From: Eledone cirrhosa
Taxonomy: Eukaryota
NCBI GenBank assembly: GCA_964016885.1
Contig: OZ024745.1
Coordinates: 3,162,001-3,226,000 of the forward strand
Length of the DNA stretch: 64,000 nt
Reading direction: 5' to 3'
Part shown: positions 41,781-54,500 of the stretch, piece by piece
Numbering within the stretch: the stretch's first letter is position 1
How the letters are laid out: every line of letters starts with the position of its first letter
Program-made: the position numbers and the translations under genes
Notes under the pieces: model-generated
The model's input: the letters and a program-made list of their open reading frames with translations, nothing else
What the model was told of the DNA's origin: nothing
The model's database searches: none

Positions 41781-43195
41781 TTAATAGCGATTAGGTATTG
41801 GTTTGACCGATCCAAATTCACTTGAAACGCTTAGAAATTAGCTGCATCTTCCTCTGACTAAAACAAATGAGTAAATTAAATTTCCAACAAAACAATTTCT
41901 GAAGAATATGGAGTTAATATAATCATAGCAGACATCGCTTGTTATATTCTTGTAATATTTTCAACTTCCATATTAGAAGCAGGTCCAAGGGAGGTAATTC
42001 GTTTATCTTTTTAGTTTTTGTTTTCTTTTGTATGTGTAGTTTTTGTTGAAGAAAATTTTTTCTAATGGATATATAATTTATGACATTTAGTCTTTGGTAT
42101 TCTCCGAAGTGATAAAAGGCAAGCACGAATTACACAGTCGAAACTAAGCAAAAGTCAATTCAATTAACTTTTTTTTAGGATAAAATTACATAAAAATAAT
42201 AAAAAAATTAATATTTAGTCAAACAGAAAAAGAAAGTCGTATTGTAGGACGAAATGCTATAAATGAGAGGGAAAGAGTAAGGATTATTAGACAACGAAAG
42301 GGAGCGACTACAGCTACTATAAAGAAACGATGTAAAAATTATCTGATTTTGTAAATCTATGATTGAGACGGTATAGAGAATATGGTGCGAGAAGAATGTA
42401 TTTTAAAAAGGGTTAAACCCAGTTATTAACGACTACGTTTTATTAAGTTTCCGTATTCTTGTATTTTAATAACTCTTGCTCATACATAATTCGATTGTTT
42501 TTAAAATGGCATACACCATTCTCTCTGAAATATAATTGAAAATTGTCCCCCGCCTCAAATATTTATCAATCCTCCCCGCTCTATCTCTTTTGTATGAGAT
42601 GGCAACATTGAGTTGTGACATAATATAAAACAATTATAACCACGCAAAAAAAAATCTTAATTTTTTTTAACATGGCAATCTTCCCACTTGACCCCCAACA
42701 AAAATGGCTTAGTTGATACTATAAACCTATATATCTTTTGTAAGAAGCTAAATTGTTAAACTGTCGCTGTGTATATAACATACCTACATGTAATTTATCT
42801 CTGACAAGACCAAGTTATATTCATAGAAAGAATTGAACTCGATCTTACAAACTAAAGAAATATTATTCGTCACATATCGATTTGATGTATCTCTTTAGCA
42901 AGGTTTCAACTAAGGATGTAGTGTCAACTTTTGTTCTCTAAAGATCAATAAAATATATTCCATGTTGTCTATTCAAACAATTATTCTCTGACAAATCTAA
43001 AAGAACATCTGCTGTCATGTTCTAAGTCCAAAATGAAGTTAAATATAGTCAGCTTTTAGTGTAATATTTGAAAATGTGTGGTTAGAAACTTAGCCTTTCA
43101 TCCTTTCGAGGTCGATAAAAAATCTACCAGTTCACTACTGGGGTACACACACACACACACTCTCTCTCTCTCTTTATATATATATATATATATAT

Positions 43196-43377
43196 TTATG
43201 TAATAAACAACATAAGGCAATTATTCCATTTACCAGTGGTTTCTTAATTTGGATTTTAAAATCCAAATTCAATAAACAGACCAGAATTTTTTCATTCTGA
43301 GGATTGAAAGCAAAATCTTTTGCTTTTAAGAAACCACTGGTAAATGGAATAATTGCCTTATGTTGTTTATTACATAA
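43196..43377. repeat. Perfect 52-bp inverted repeat enclosing three smaller hairpins
   Basis: 43196-43247 is the exact reverse complement of 43326-43377. Confidence 0.92.
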
Positions 43378-44108
43378 CTATTAAGCTCTGTTACATAGAG
43401 CACTCTTTTTTCCTGGACTTTTCCGACGGAATTACTTCATTCATACATATATATATATATATGAGGATGGATTCAGTTTGAAACTGGTTAGACCATTACT
43501 CAACAGAGTACTTGTCTGGAACGGCAAGGGTTCGGCTGTCGGGTGTCGGCTCTTTATTATATATATATGGAAGAAAGCACTTGAGTTGAGACCTGGAAAG
43601 GTGATGGGCTCCACCAGGTTTAAAATACCCAAATGTATCATTACGATTCCACTAGGAATTGCGGGTCCCATAGATATGTACATTTATGACTAGAATAACA
43701 ATAGTACTTATTTTATCATCGAAGGGGTACAATGCATATCGGGATTTGAATCTAAGACTTAACTGGTTTGGCAGCAATCCGCCTGAATCTACCCTGGTTT
43801 TTATAATTCATATCTGCTCATTTTAAAATATATTTATATCAAAACCTTCCATCATAATTTTATTTAAGAAATTTTTTCAAAGTAATATTTCAAGCATCAG
43901 CTTACTAATGAAAATGTTAGTCATTTCATTAAATTGTTCAAAATCAATTCATACACATAGGCAGTGAATTTCATTAGAAATACGGTAAAAAAAAAAGGTT
44001 TAAGGCACGGACCTAAATCTTATTAGTTGTCGTAACCCATGATATCATGCTGCCATTGAGTAGGTGATGCCCCTATATTTTAGAAGGGAATATATATAAG
44101 GCAAAGGA

Positions 44109-44497
44109 GGTGGATTGGCAGTAGGATCGGTAGAGCGCCGGACAATATGCTTTGCGGCATAAATTACCTTCTGAGTTCAAATCCCACCATGGTTAGCTTT
44201 GGCTTTTATCCTTACGAGGTTGATAAAACAAAGTACCAGTAATGCACTGAGGGTTGACTTCCCCTCCCCCCAACTTTTTTGCTCTTGTGCCCTAAATCAG
44301 AAACCATGGATTGGCAGTATCGGTAGAGGGTCGGACGCTATGCTTTAACGTATAGAGTTACGGCCCTTGCCATTCTGAGTTCGAATCCCGCCGAGGTTAA
44401 CTTTGCCTTTCATCCTTACGGGGTCGATAAAATAAAGTACCAGTAATGCACTGGGGTAATTGCTGGCCTTGTGCCTAAAATAGAAACAATTATTTAT
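44109..44497 (+). mobile_element. Two head-to-tail family A SINEs (44109-44306, 44307-44497)
   Basis: Two A-box/B-box heads; the second has a perfect GTTCGAATCC. Confidence 0.85.
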
Positions 44498-44689
44498 TTA
44501 GGCAGCTATGCTCTCTATTTTAGAAAATGTAACTATCAGAGCTTTGTTGTTGTCATATTAACCATGGTTAATAAGACACTGAGCCCCGTTGGGTCTTTAT
44601 TTAGCCCCTCTTTTAGGACGTTGGCACCAATAAATCTGAACCTTTAAAACCTATATTTCTGATATATGTACGGCATACATAAGTAAACG

Positions 44690-44795
44690 AGTGTATACAC
44701 ACACCACAAGAGTGTATACACACCACAAGAGTGTATATACACACACCACAAGAATGTATATACACACACGACAAGAGTGTATATACACTCACCAC
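44690..44795. repeat. ~20-24-bp tandem repeat
   Basis: cacaccacaagagtgtata with a variable (ta/ca) linker. Confidence 0.8.
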
Positions 44796-45345
44796 ACTTT
44801 ACACAGTTACATCTTTAAAACAATAGATCCGGTGACCTCATTATACAACAATTGCGATATTTTGTGAGGCTGGCAATTCAGACATATTTCCTGTAATAAA
44901 CTCCATAAACACACGACACTTGTTCTTCTGTTATTTAAATTCTATCAATAATTTTGTAAGCATTTTGTAAATATAAACAAAATGAAATAAAGAGGGGGAA
45001 AAAGATCGATAAAAATTAGTCAGCCCCAGAACCGGATAAATTGTGTTTGGGGGCAACAGTCAAAATTGATTTTTTTACTCTCTTATTTTATTTTATTTTT
45101 TTATCAATCTGATTCATATTCGAGATGTCTGCTTCCTACGAGTATTTTCTGGGGACTGGGTTGGTGTTGTTGTTCTGTCGGTGGCAAACACGGATGGCTC
45201 AGTCCAGCTCCTCTGCATCTCTATCACTCCTAGAATCGGGGAATTGTAGTATCAGTATAGTAAGACTTTTGGTTGCGATAGTGGTGGGGATCATGTATTA
45301 TCATGCCAGGTAAATGTTTGTCGCATCGCTCCTTTGTGTTGCACC

Positions 45346-45492
45346 CAGCAGCGTAGCTAGAGTGTGTGCTCCCTGTGGTAACCCTTGAATTTCCCCCCAT
45401 ATCCTATACAGATTTATCCAACAGACCCCAAAATACCGCCCCCATGAAAGTGTGTCGCCTGGAGCGGCCCCTTGTCCCCAGCTACACTACTG
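45346..45492. mobile_element. hAT-like MITE
   Basis: TIRs CAGCAGCGTAGCT / AGCTACACTACTG; 8-bp TSD gttgcacc (45338-45) and gttgaacc (45493-500). Confidence 0.7.
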
Positions 45493-45532
45493 GTTGAACC
45501 TAATCATAAAACGGACCCTAGGCAGAACTATT

Positions 45533-45885
45533 TTACCCAGTCGGTTGAGAGTCAATAGGAAGAGGTCTGGTGGACATGTCCTGTACACCGGCCATTGTCA
45601 GTAACTCCTTTACACAAGTCTGAGCAAAGTGTTTCTGTGAAAGACCAACCTGTGTATACCAGTCTCCCTTCTCTCTGACCCCGATGTTGTCCAAGGGAAG
45701 GTAATGGCCAATACAGCTTGGCACCAGTGACCTCGCTACTCATTTCTACAGCTGAGTAAACTGGAGCAACATGAAATAAAGTATCTTGCTCAAGGGCACA
45801 AATGCACTGCACGGTCAAGGATTCAAACTCACAACCTCACGATTGTTAGCTCAACACTCTAATCACTAAACCATTCACCCTCACA
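45533..45885 (-). mobile_element. CORE-like tRNA SINE with a different tail
   Basis: ctcatttctacagctgagtaaactggagcaac.tgaaataaagt.tcttgctcaagg is the reverse complement of 487-543. Confidence 0.75.
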
Positions 45886-46989
45886 ACACAAAGGTGCCCC
45901 CCCCCTTCATAAAGGATTCGTCCAGGTGAATCCCCTGCTCAGGTACGCTACTGATATAGGGGATGCTCATATCGATATAACATGTCAACTGTAAAATCCT
46001 GATTCAGCAGGCTTTAGATTCTTATTAAATGAAACACCAGTAGTGTAGCTAGGGATTAGCGATGGGAGCAGTGGGGCCCTGGACCACACTTTTACAGGAG
46101 CAGCACTTTTGGGTCTCTTGTGCTGGGTATGTGGCAAACACAAGGACTGTCCTAAGCTGTGAAACACTAAAAAAGACAACTTCAAAAATCAATAGATATA
46201 CAGTTTTTCAGTCCAAGTGTATAAGAACGGTATGGGACCTGTAACCTGATAATAGTAGTGGCGTGATATTAACATAGGCTGTTTCTTAGGGTTTTTAATA
46301 CCTGACAGTCCATCTCCTCTCCAGGTCTGAGTACAGCAGATTTCTTCCAGAGAAAGATAGAGAGAGTGAGAGAGATAGAGGAAGAATTGACCCCAGTACT
46401 TGACTGTTACTTTTTTTATTCACCTCAAATGGATGAAGAATAGAGGAGAAATATATTGAAGGTAGTCAAACAGTAAAAACAGCACATTGTGTAACCAAAT
46501 ACAGTGTGGTTATAGAATAGAGGAACGTGTATGGAAAAAGTCATGAAAGAGAACACGATTATATGAAGAAGAATATATTAGGGGAGGAAAAAACCTTTCA
46601 ACAACAAATTATTAGCTATTGTTGACCAATTTCTAAACAACTTTGTAACTAAATATAAAGAGCTGTGTGTCTGTAGAGAGATGTTGGTATCAGCAAGCTA
46701 TACCATCGCTACCCCAATGATACAAGCCCAGGAATGATCTCTGGTGTGCAAAATTCCCGACGGAAGCTTCATATGATCCCAGCAGACAGAAAAGAGAAAG
46801 GCCTTACTCTGGAGGATAACAATATATGGGGCACATTAACTCCTGTGGGTCCCCATACAACCTCTCTAATTACTGTGGGGGCAGAATTAGTCTCCCATTA
46901 CTGAACCTCATGAGCAGGACTTACCCCTGCTGAGGCCCTAAGTTATATGAAATTTGAGGCCTTTTCTAAAAAATATTTTTTATATTAAT

Positions 46990-47176
46990 TGTTTCTATTT
47001 TAGGCACAAGGCCAGCAATTACCCAGTGCATTACTGGTACTTTATTTTATCGACCCCGTAAGGATGAAAGGCAAAGTTAACCTCGGCGGGATTTGAACTC
47101 AGAATGGCAAGGGCCGTAACTCTATGCGTCAAAGCATGGTGTCCTACCCTCTCCCAATACTGCCAATCCACCGCCC
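46990..47176 (-). mobile_element. Young full-length family A SINE
   Basis: Near-consensus copy with an identical 16-bp TSD tattttttatattaat (46974-89, 47177-92). Confidence 0.9.
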
Positions 47177-47304
47177 TATTTTTTATATTAATGATAAAGA
47201 ATATTATTTTTGATGATTTAGTGTTAAAGAGTAAAAGCTAATGATAACAATATATTTTTAAAACTGAGGCCCCTGAAGTGGTGTAGTCCTAAACTATAGC
47301 TAGA

Positions 47305-50300
47305 GTGTGTTAATGTGTGTGTGATTGTCTGGGTATGAGTGTGTGATTGTCTGTGTAAGAGTGTGTGATTGTGTGTGTATGTCTGTGATTGTGTGTGTGT
47401 GTATGTATGTGTGTGTATGTCTGTATGTATGTCTGTGTGTGTGTGTATGTCTGTCTGTGTGTATGTATGTATGTCTGTGTGTGTATGTATGTCTGTGTGT
47501 ATGTCTGTGTGTGAATGTCAGTGTATGTATGTATGTATGTCTGTGTGTGTATGTCTGTGTATGTATGTATGTCTGTGTATGTATGTCTGTGTGTGTATGT
47601 CTGTGTGTATGTATGTCTGTGTATGTATGTCTGTGTGTGCATGTATGTGTGTGTATGTCTATGTATGTCTGTGTGTGTATGTATGTGTGTGTATGTCTGT
47701 GTGTGTATGTATGTGTGTGTATGTATGTGTGTATGTATGTCTGTGTATGAATGTCTGTGTGTGTGTGTATGTCTGTGTGTATGTATGTGTGTGTATGTCT
47801 GTATGTATGTCTGTGTGTGTATGTATGTCTGTGTATGTATGTCTGTGTGTGTATGTATGTGTGTGTGTGTATGTATGTGTGTGTATGTGTGTGTGTGTAT
47901 GTCTGTGTGAATGTCTGTGTATGTATGTATGTCTGTGTGTGTATGTATGTCTGTGTGTGTATGTCTATGTATGTATGTCTGTGTATGTATGTCTGTCTGT
48001 GTATGTATGTCTGTGTGTGTATGTGTGTGTATGTATGTCTGTGTGTGTGTGTATGTATGTGTGTGTATGTATGTGTGTGTATGTCTGTGTGTATGTCTGT
48101 CTGTGTATGTCTGTGTGTGAATGTCTGTGTTTGAATGTCTGTGTGTATGTATGTCTGTGTGTGTATGTCTGTGTGTATGTATGTGTGTGTATGTCTGTGT
48201 ATGTATGTCTGTGTGTGTATGTCTGTGTATGTATGTCTGTGTGTGTATGTCTATGTATGTATGTCTGTGTATGTATGTCTGTGTGTATGTATGTGTGTGT
48301 ATGTCTGTGTGTGTGTGTGTGTGTATGTATGTGTACGTATGTCTGTGTATGTATGTCTGTGTATGTATGTCTGTGTGTGTATGTATGTGTGTGTATGTCT
48401 GTGTGTGTATGTGTGTGTATGTATGTGTGTGTATGTATGTCTGTGTATGTATGTCTGTGTGTGTATGTATGTGTGTGTATGTATGTGTGTGTATGTCTGT
48501 GTGTGTATGTCTGTGTATGTATGTCTGTGTATGTATGTCTGTGTGTGTATGTATGTGTGTGTATGTATGTGTGTGTATGTCTGTGTATGTATGTCTGTGT
48601 ATGTATGTCTGTCTGTGTATGTATGTCTGTGTGTGTCTGTATGTCTGTGTGTGTATGTCTGTGTGTGTATGTCTCTGTATGTATGTCTGTGTGTGTATGT
48701 ATGTGTGTGTATGTATGTGTGTGTATGTATGTCTGTGTGTGTATGTATGTGTATGTATGTCTGTGTATGTATGTCTGTGTGTATGTGTGTGTATGTCTGT
48801 GTGTGTATGTATGTGTGTGTATGTCTGTGTGTGTATGTATGTCTGTGTGTGTCTGTGTATGTATGTCTGTGTATGTATCTCTGTCTGTGTATGTATGTCT
48901 GTGTGTGTATGTCTGTGTATGTATGTCTGTCTGTGTATGTATGTCTGTGTGTGTATGTCTGTGTATGTGTGTCTGTCTGTATGTATGTCTGTGTATGTAT
49001 GTCTGTCTGTGTATGTATGTCTGTGTGTGTCTGTGTGTGTATGTATGTGTGTGTATGTCTGTGTGTATGTCTGTCTGTGTATGTATGTCTGTGTGTGTAT
49101 GTCTGTGTGTGTATGTCTGTGTGTGTATGTCTGTGTATGTATGTCTGTCTGTGTATGTATGTCTGTGTGTGTATGTCTGTGTATGTATGTCTGTCTGTGT
49201 ATGTATGTATGTGTGTGTATGTCTGTGTATGTATGTCTGTCTGTGTATGTATGTATGTCTATGTATGTCTGTGTGTGTATGTCTGTGTGTGTATGTCTGT
49301 GTATGTATGTCTGTCTGTGTATGTATGTCTGTGTGTGTATGTCTGTGTATGTATGTATGTCTGTGTATGTATGTATGTGTGTGTATGTCTGTGTATGTAT
49401 GTCTGTCTGTGTATGTCTGTGTGTGTATGTCTGTGTGTGTATGTCTGTGTGTGTATGTCTGTGTATGTATGTCTGTCTGTGTATGTATGTATGTCTATGT
49501 ATGTCTGTGTGTGTATGTCTGTGTATGTATGTCTGTCTGTGTATGTATGTCTGTGTGTGTATGTCTGTGTATGTATGTCTGTCTGTGTATGTATGTATGT
49601 GTGTGTATGTCTGTGTATGTATGTCTGTCTGTGTATGTATGTATGTCTATGTATGTCTGTATGTGTATGTCTGTGTATGTATGTCTGTCTGTGTATGTAT
49701 GTCTGTGTGTGTATGTCTGTGTATGTATGTCTGTCTGTGTATTTATGTATGTATGTGTGTGTATGTCTGTGTATGTATGTCTGTCTGTGTATGTATGTCT
49801 GTGTGTGTATGTCTGTGTGTGTATGTCTGTGTATGTATGTCTGTCTGTGTATGTATGTCTGTGTGTGTATGTCTGTGTATGTATGTCTGTCTGTGTATGT
49901 ATGTCTGTGTGTGTATGTATGTCTGTCTGTGTATGTATGTCTGTGTGTGTATGTCTGTGTATGTATGTCTGTCTGTGTATGTATGTATGTGTGTGTATGT
50001 CTGTGTATGTATGTCTGTCTGTGTATGTATGTATGTCTATGTATGTCTGTGTGTGTATGTCTGTGTATGTATGTCTGTGTGTGTATGTCTGTGTATGTAT
50101 GTCTGTCTGTGTGTGTATGTCTGTGTGTGTATGTCTGTGTATGTATGTCTGTCTGTGTGTGTATGTCTGTGTGTGTATGTCTGTGTATGTATGTCTGTCT
50201 ATGTATGTATGTCTATGTATGTCTGTGTGTGTATGTCTGTGTATGTATGTCTGTCTGTGTATGTATGTCTGTGTGTGTATGTATGTCTGTCTGTGTATGT

Positions 50301-50458
50301 ATGTATGTGTGTGTATGTCTGTGTATGTATGTCTGTCTGTGTATGTATGTATGTCTATGTATGTCTGTGTGTGTATGTCTGTGTGTATGTCTGTGTATGT
50401 ATGTCTGTCTGTGTATGTATGTCTGTGTGTGTCTGTGTGTGTATGTCTGTGATTGTGT
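47305..50458. repeat. 3.1-kb complex TG/TATG/TCTG simple repeat
   Basis: Direct reading; source of the spurious C/V/M/Y ORFs. Confidence 0.97.
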
Positions 50459-50659
50459 AAAAACAGGTCCTAACAGTTTTCTCTACAAAATTCCATCAAT
50501 ATAAAAACTGACAATGATTCTGCTCTCTTGACCCTTGTTTGCAGATTAACCTAGCAACAAGGGTTAGATACGGGTCCCACATTAATGGGGGTTGGGGATC
50601 ACATGTGAAGTCTTTTGTACAGACTTTAACATTTAGGAGTCGTTTATAATATAGGCTTA

Positions 50660-50950
50660 TTGGTTATTTGGGTGATGAGTTCCTGTGCCAGGCAGCGTCC
50701 TGGAGGGAGACACTTTATTTTCACATTGATCCAGTGCACTCAGCTGGCAAAAATGAAATATGGTACCCGTAATTCAATGGGGGGACCATCTATGTCACAC
50801 ACTGTCTCATGCTGAATCTCCCTGAGAACTACGTTAAGGGTACTCATGTCTGTGGAATGCTCAGCCACTTACACATTAATTTCAATAGTGGGCAGTTCTG
50901 TTGATTGAATCAATTGCAGCACTCATCATCAGAAATGATGGAGGACCAAC
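50660..50950 (+). mobile_element. Degenerate CORE-like/family C SINE
   Basis: agacactttattttcacattg.tccagt.cactcagctg plus the tail shared with 40500-40600. Confidence 0.6.
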
Positions 50951-51562
50951 AACAACATACTCATACATATGGATATATATGTGAAATATAGGCTACAGGC
51001 TTGACCCTAACTGGTTATGTTTTGTGATTGTTTTGTTTTTTTCAGTATAAATTTTGGTCACATGTAAACAATCAAACTTTGATCTTTTGTTCAAGCGTCT
51101 ACCTACTTATTTATTTATTTAATCCATTTGGACGCCTGTATAGAGCTAGTAAGCCATGGCAGAGGGAGGGGGGGAGTATTGAGTACTCCCTACAGTTGGT
51201 AATCAGAGCAAGTGGAACAAGCAATAAAAAAAAAACAAAAAAAATTTCAAATATTGAAGACGAATGGGAGGGAAAATAGGGAAAAAGGGAAGCTGTAAAA
51301 CAACTAGACATTTCTCTTGAATATTTTCCTAGCTTCCATGTACTCAAACATTTGGTTTTTATTTGGTAGACCTGTAATTATATATTGAACTTCCAATATT
51401 GGTAGTTTTTTAAAGATCAGTTTCAACATGGCCTCTCTCTCTCTTTCTCTCTCTCTCAGACTAATAGTTTCTATATTGGAACAACTAGTGCCACAGAGTT
51501 TCTGGAGAGTCACCACAAGAACATAGAGGTGAATCTCTACCACCTGTTGTTGATTGAATGTT

Positions 51563-54500
51563 GTTTAAAGGTAATGTCCAGTTTAAAGGTAAATGTCCAG
51601 TTTAAAGGTAATGTCCAGTTTAAAGGTAAATGTCCAGTTTAAAGGTAATGTCCAGTTTAAAGGTAATTTCCAGTTTAAAGGTAATGTCCAGTTCAAAGGT
51701 AATGTCCAGTTTAAAGGTAATGTCCAGTTTAAAGGTAATGTCTAGTTTAAAGGTAATGTCCAGTTTAAAGGTATATGTCTAGTTTAAAGGTAATGTCTAG
51801 TTTAAAGGTATATGTCCAGTTCAAAGGTAATGTCCAGTTTAAAGGTAATGTCCAGTTTAAAGGTAATGTCCAGTTTAAAGGTATATGTCTAGTTTAAAGG
51901 TAATGTCCAGTTTAAAGGTAATGTCCAGTTTAAAGGTAATGTCCATTTTAAAGGTAATGTCCAGTTCAAAGGTAATGTCTAGTTTAAAGGTAATGTCCAG
52001 TTTAAAGGTAATGTCCAGTTTAAAGGTAATGTCCAGTTTAAAGGTATATGTCTAGTTTAAAGGTAATGTCCAGTTTAAAGGTAATGTCCAGTTTAAAGGT
52101 AATGTCTAGTTTAAAGGTATATGTCCAGTTTAAAGGTAATGTCCAGTTTAAAGGTATATGTCTAGTTTAAAGGTAATGTCCAGTTTAAAGGTATATGTCC
52201 AGTTTAAAGGTAATGTCCAGTTTAAAGGTATATGTCCAGTTTAAAGGTAATGTCCAGTTTAAAGGTATATGTCTAGTTTAAAGGTAATGTCCAGTTTAAA
52301 GGTAATGTCTAGTTTAAAGGTATATGTCTAGTTTGAAGGTATATGTCCAGTTTAAAGGTAATGTCTAGTTTAAAGGTATATGTCCAGTTTAAAGGTAATG
52401 TCCAGTTTAAAGGTAATGTCTAGTTTAAAGGTAATGTCCAGTTTAAAGGTAATGTCTAGTTTAAAGGTAATGTCCAGTTTAAAGGTAATGTCCAGTTTAA
52501 AGGTAATGTCCAGTTTAAAGGTAATGTCTAGTTTAAAGGTAATGTCCAGTTTAAAGGTAATGTCCAGTTTAAAGGTAATGTCCAGTTTAAAGGTAATGTC
52601 TAGTTTAAAGGTATATGTCTAGTTTAAAGGTAATGTCCAGTTTAAAGGTAATGTCCAGTTTAAAGGTATATGTCCAGTTTAAAGGTAATGTCCAGTTTAA
52701 AGGTAATGTCCAGTTTAAAGGTAATGTCCAGTTTAAAGGTAATGTCTAGTTTAAAGGTAATGTCTAGTTTAAAGGTATATGTCTAGTTTAAAGGTAATGT
52801 CTAGTTTAAAGGTAATGGCTAGTTTAAAGGTAATGTCTAGTTTAAAGGTAATGTCCAGTTTAAAGGTAATGTCTAGTTTAAAGGTAATGTCCAGTTTAAA
52901 GGTAATGTCCAGTTTAAAGGTAATGTCCAGTTTAAAGGTAATGTCTAGTTTAAAGGTATATGTCTAGTTTAAAGGTAATGTCCAGTTTAAAGGTAATGTC
53001 CAGTTTAAAGGTATATGTCCAGTTTAAAGGTAATGTCCAGTTTAAAGGTAATGTCCAGTTTAAAGGTAATGTCCAGTTTAAAGGTAATGTCCAGTTTAAA
53101 GGTAATGTCTAGTTTAAAGGTAATGTCTAGTTTAAAGGTATATGTCTAGTTTAAAGGTAATGTCCAGTTTAAAGGTAATGTCTAGTTTAAAGGTAATGTC
53201 TAGTTTAAAGGTAATGTCCAGTTTAAAGGTAATGTCCAGTTTAAAGGTAATGTCCAGTTTAAAGGTAATGTCCAGTTTAAAGGTAATGTCTAGTTTAAAG
53301 GTAATGTCTAGTTTAAAGGTAATGTCTAGTTTAAAGGTATATGTCTAGTTTAAAGGTAATGTCCAGTTTAAAGGTAATGTCCAGTTTAAAGGTAATGTCC
53401 AGTTTAAAGGTAATGTCCAGTTTAAAGGTAATGTCCAGTTTAAAGGTAATGTCTAGTTTAAAGGTATATGTCTAGTTTAAAGGTAATGTCCAGTTTAAAG
53501 GTAATGTCTAGTTTAAAGGTAATGTCTAGTTTAAAGGTAATGTCCAGTTTAAAGGTAATGTCTAGTTTAAAGGTAATGTCCAGTTTAAAGGTAATGTCTA
53601 GTTTAAAGGTAATGTCTAGTTTAAAGGTAATGTCCAGTTTAAAGGTAATGTCTAGTTTAAAGGTAATGTCTAGTTTAAAGGTAATGTCCAGTTTAAAGGT
53701 AATGTCCAGTTTAAAGGTAATGTCTAGTTTAAAGGTATATGTCTAGTTTAAAGGTAATGTCCAGTTTAAAGGTAATGTCTAGTTTAAAGGTAATGTCCAG
53801 TTTAAAGGTAATGTCTAGTTTAAAGGTAATGTCTAGTTTAAAGGTAATGTCCAGTTTAAAGGTAATGTCCAGTTTAAAGGTAATGTCTAGTTTAAAGGTA
53901 TATGTCTAGTTTAAAGGTAATGTCCAGTTTAAAGGTAATGTCTAGTTTAAAGGTAATGTCCAGTTTAAAGGTAATGTCCAGTTTAAAGGTAATGTCCAGT
54001 TTAAAGGTAATGTCTAGTTTAAAGGTAATGTCCAGTTTAAAGGTAATGTCCAGTTTAAAGGTAATGTCCAGTTTAAAGGTAATGTCTAGTTTAAAGGTAA
54101 TGTCCAGTTTAAAGGTAATGTCTAGTTTAAAGGTAATGTCCAGTTTAAAGGTAATGTCCAGTTTAAAGGTAATGTCCAGTTTAAAGGTAATGTCTAGTTT
54201 AAAGGTATATGTCTAGTTTAAAGGTAATGTCCAGTTTAAAGGTAATGTCTAGTTTAAAGGTAATGTCCAGTTTAAAGGTAATGTCTAGTTTAAAGGTAAT
54301 GTCCAGTTTAAAGGTAATGTCTAGTTTAAAGGTAATGTCCAGTTTAAAGGTAATGTCTAGTTTAAAGGTATATGTCCAGTTTAAAGGTAATGTCCAGTTT
54401 AAAGGTATATGTCCAGTTTAAAGGTAATGTCCAGTTTAAAGGTATATGTCCAGTTTAAAGGTAATGTCTAGTTTAAAGGTAATGTCTAGTTTAAAGGTAA

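Noticed and set aside
44307-44400. tRNA gene
   Set aside because: The A/B boxes belong to SINE heads; no cloverleaf, and SINE body follows.
45125-45313. Possible exon of a second gene
   Set aside because: GC-richer with a donor-like site, but no recognisable protein in any frame and no partner exons.
47310-50504. ORFs up to 1027 aa
   Set aside because: Translations of a simple TG/TATG/TCTG repeat.
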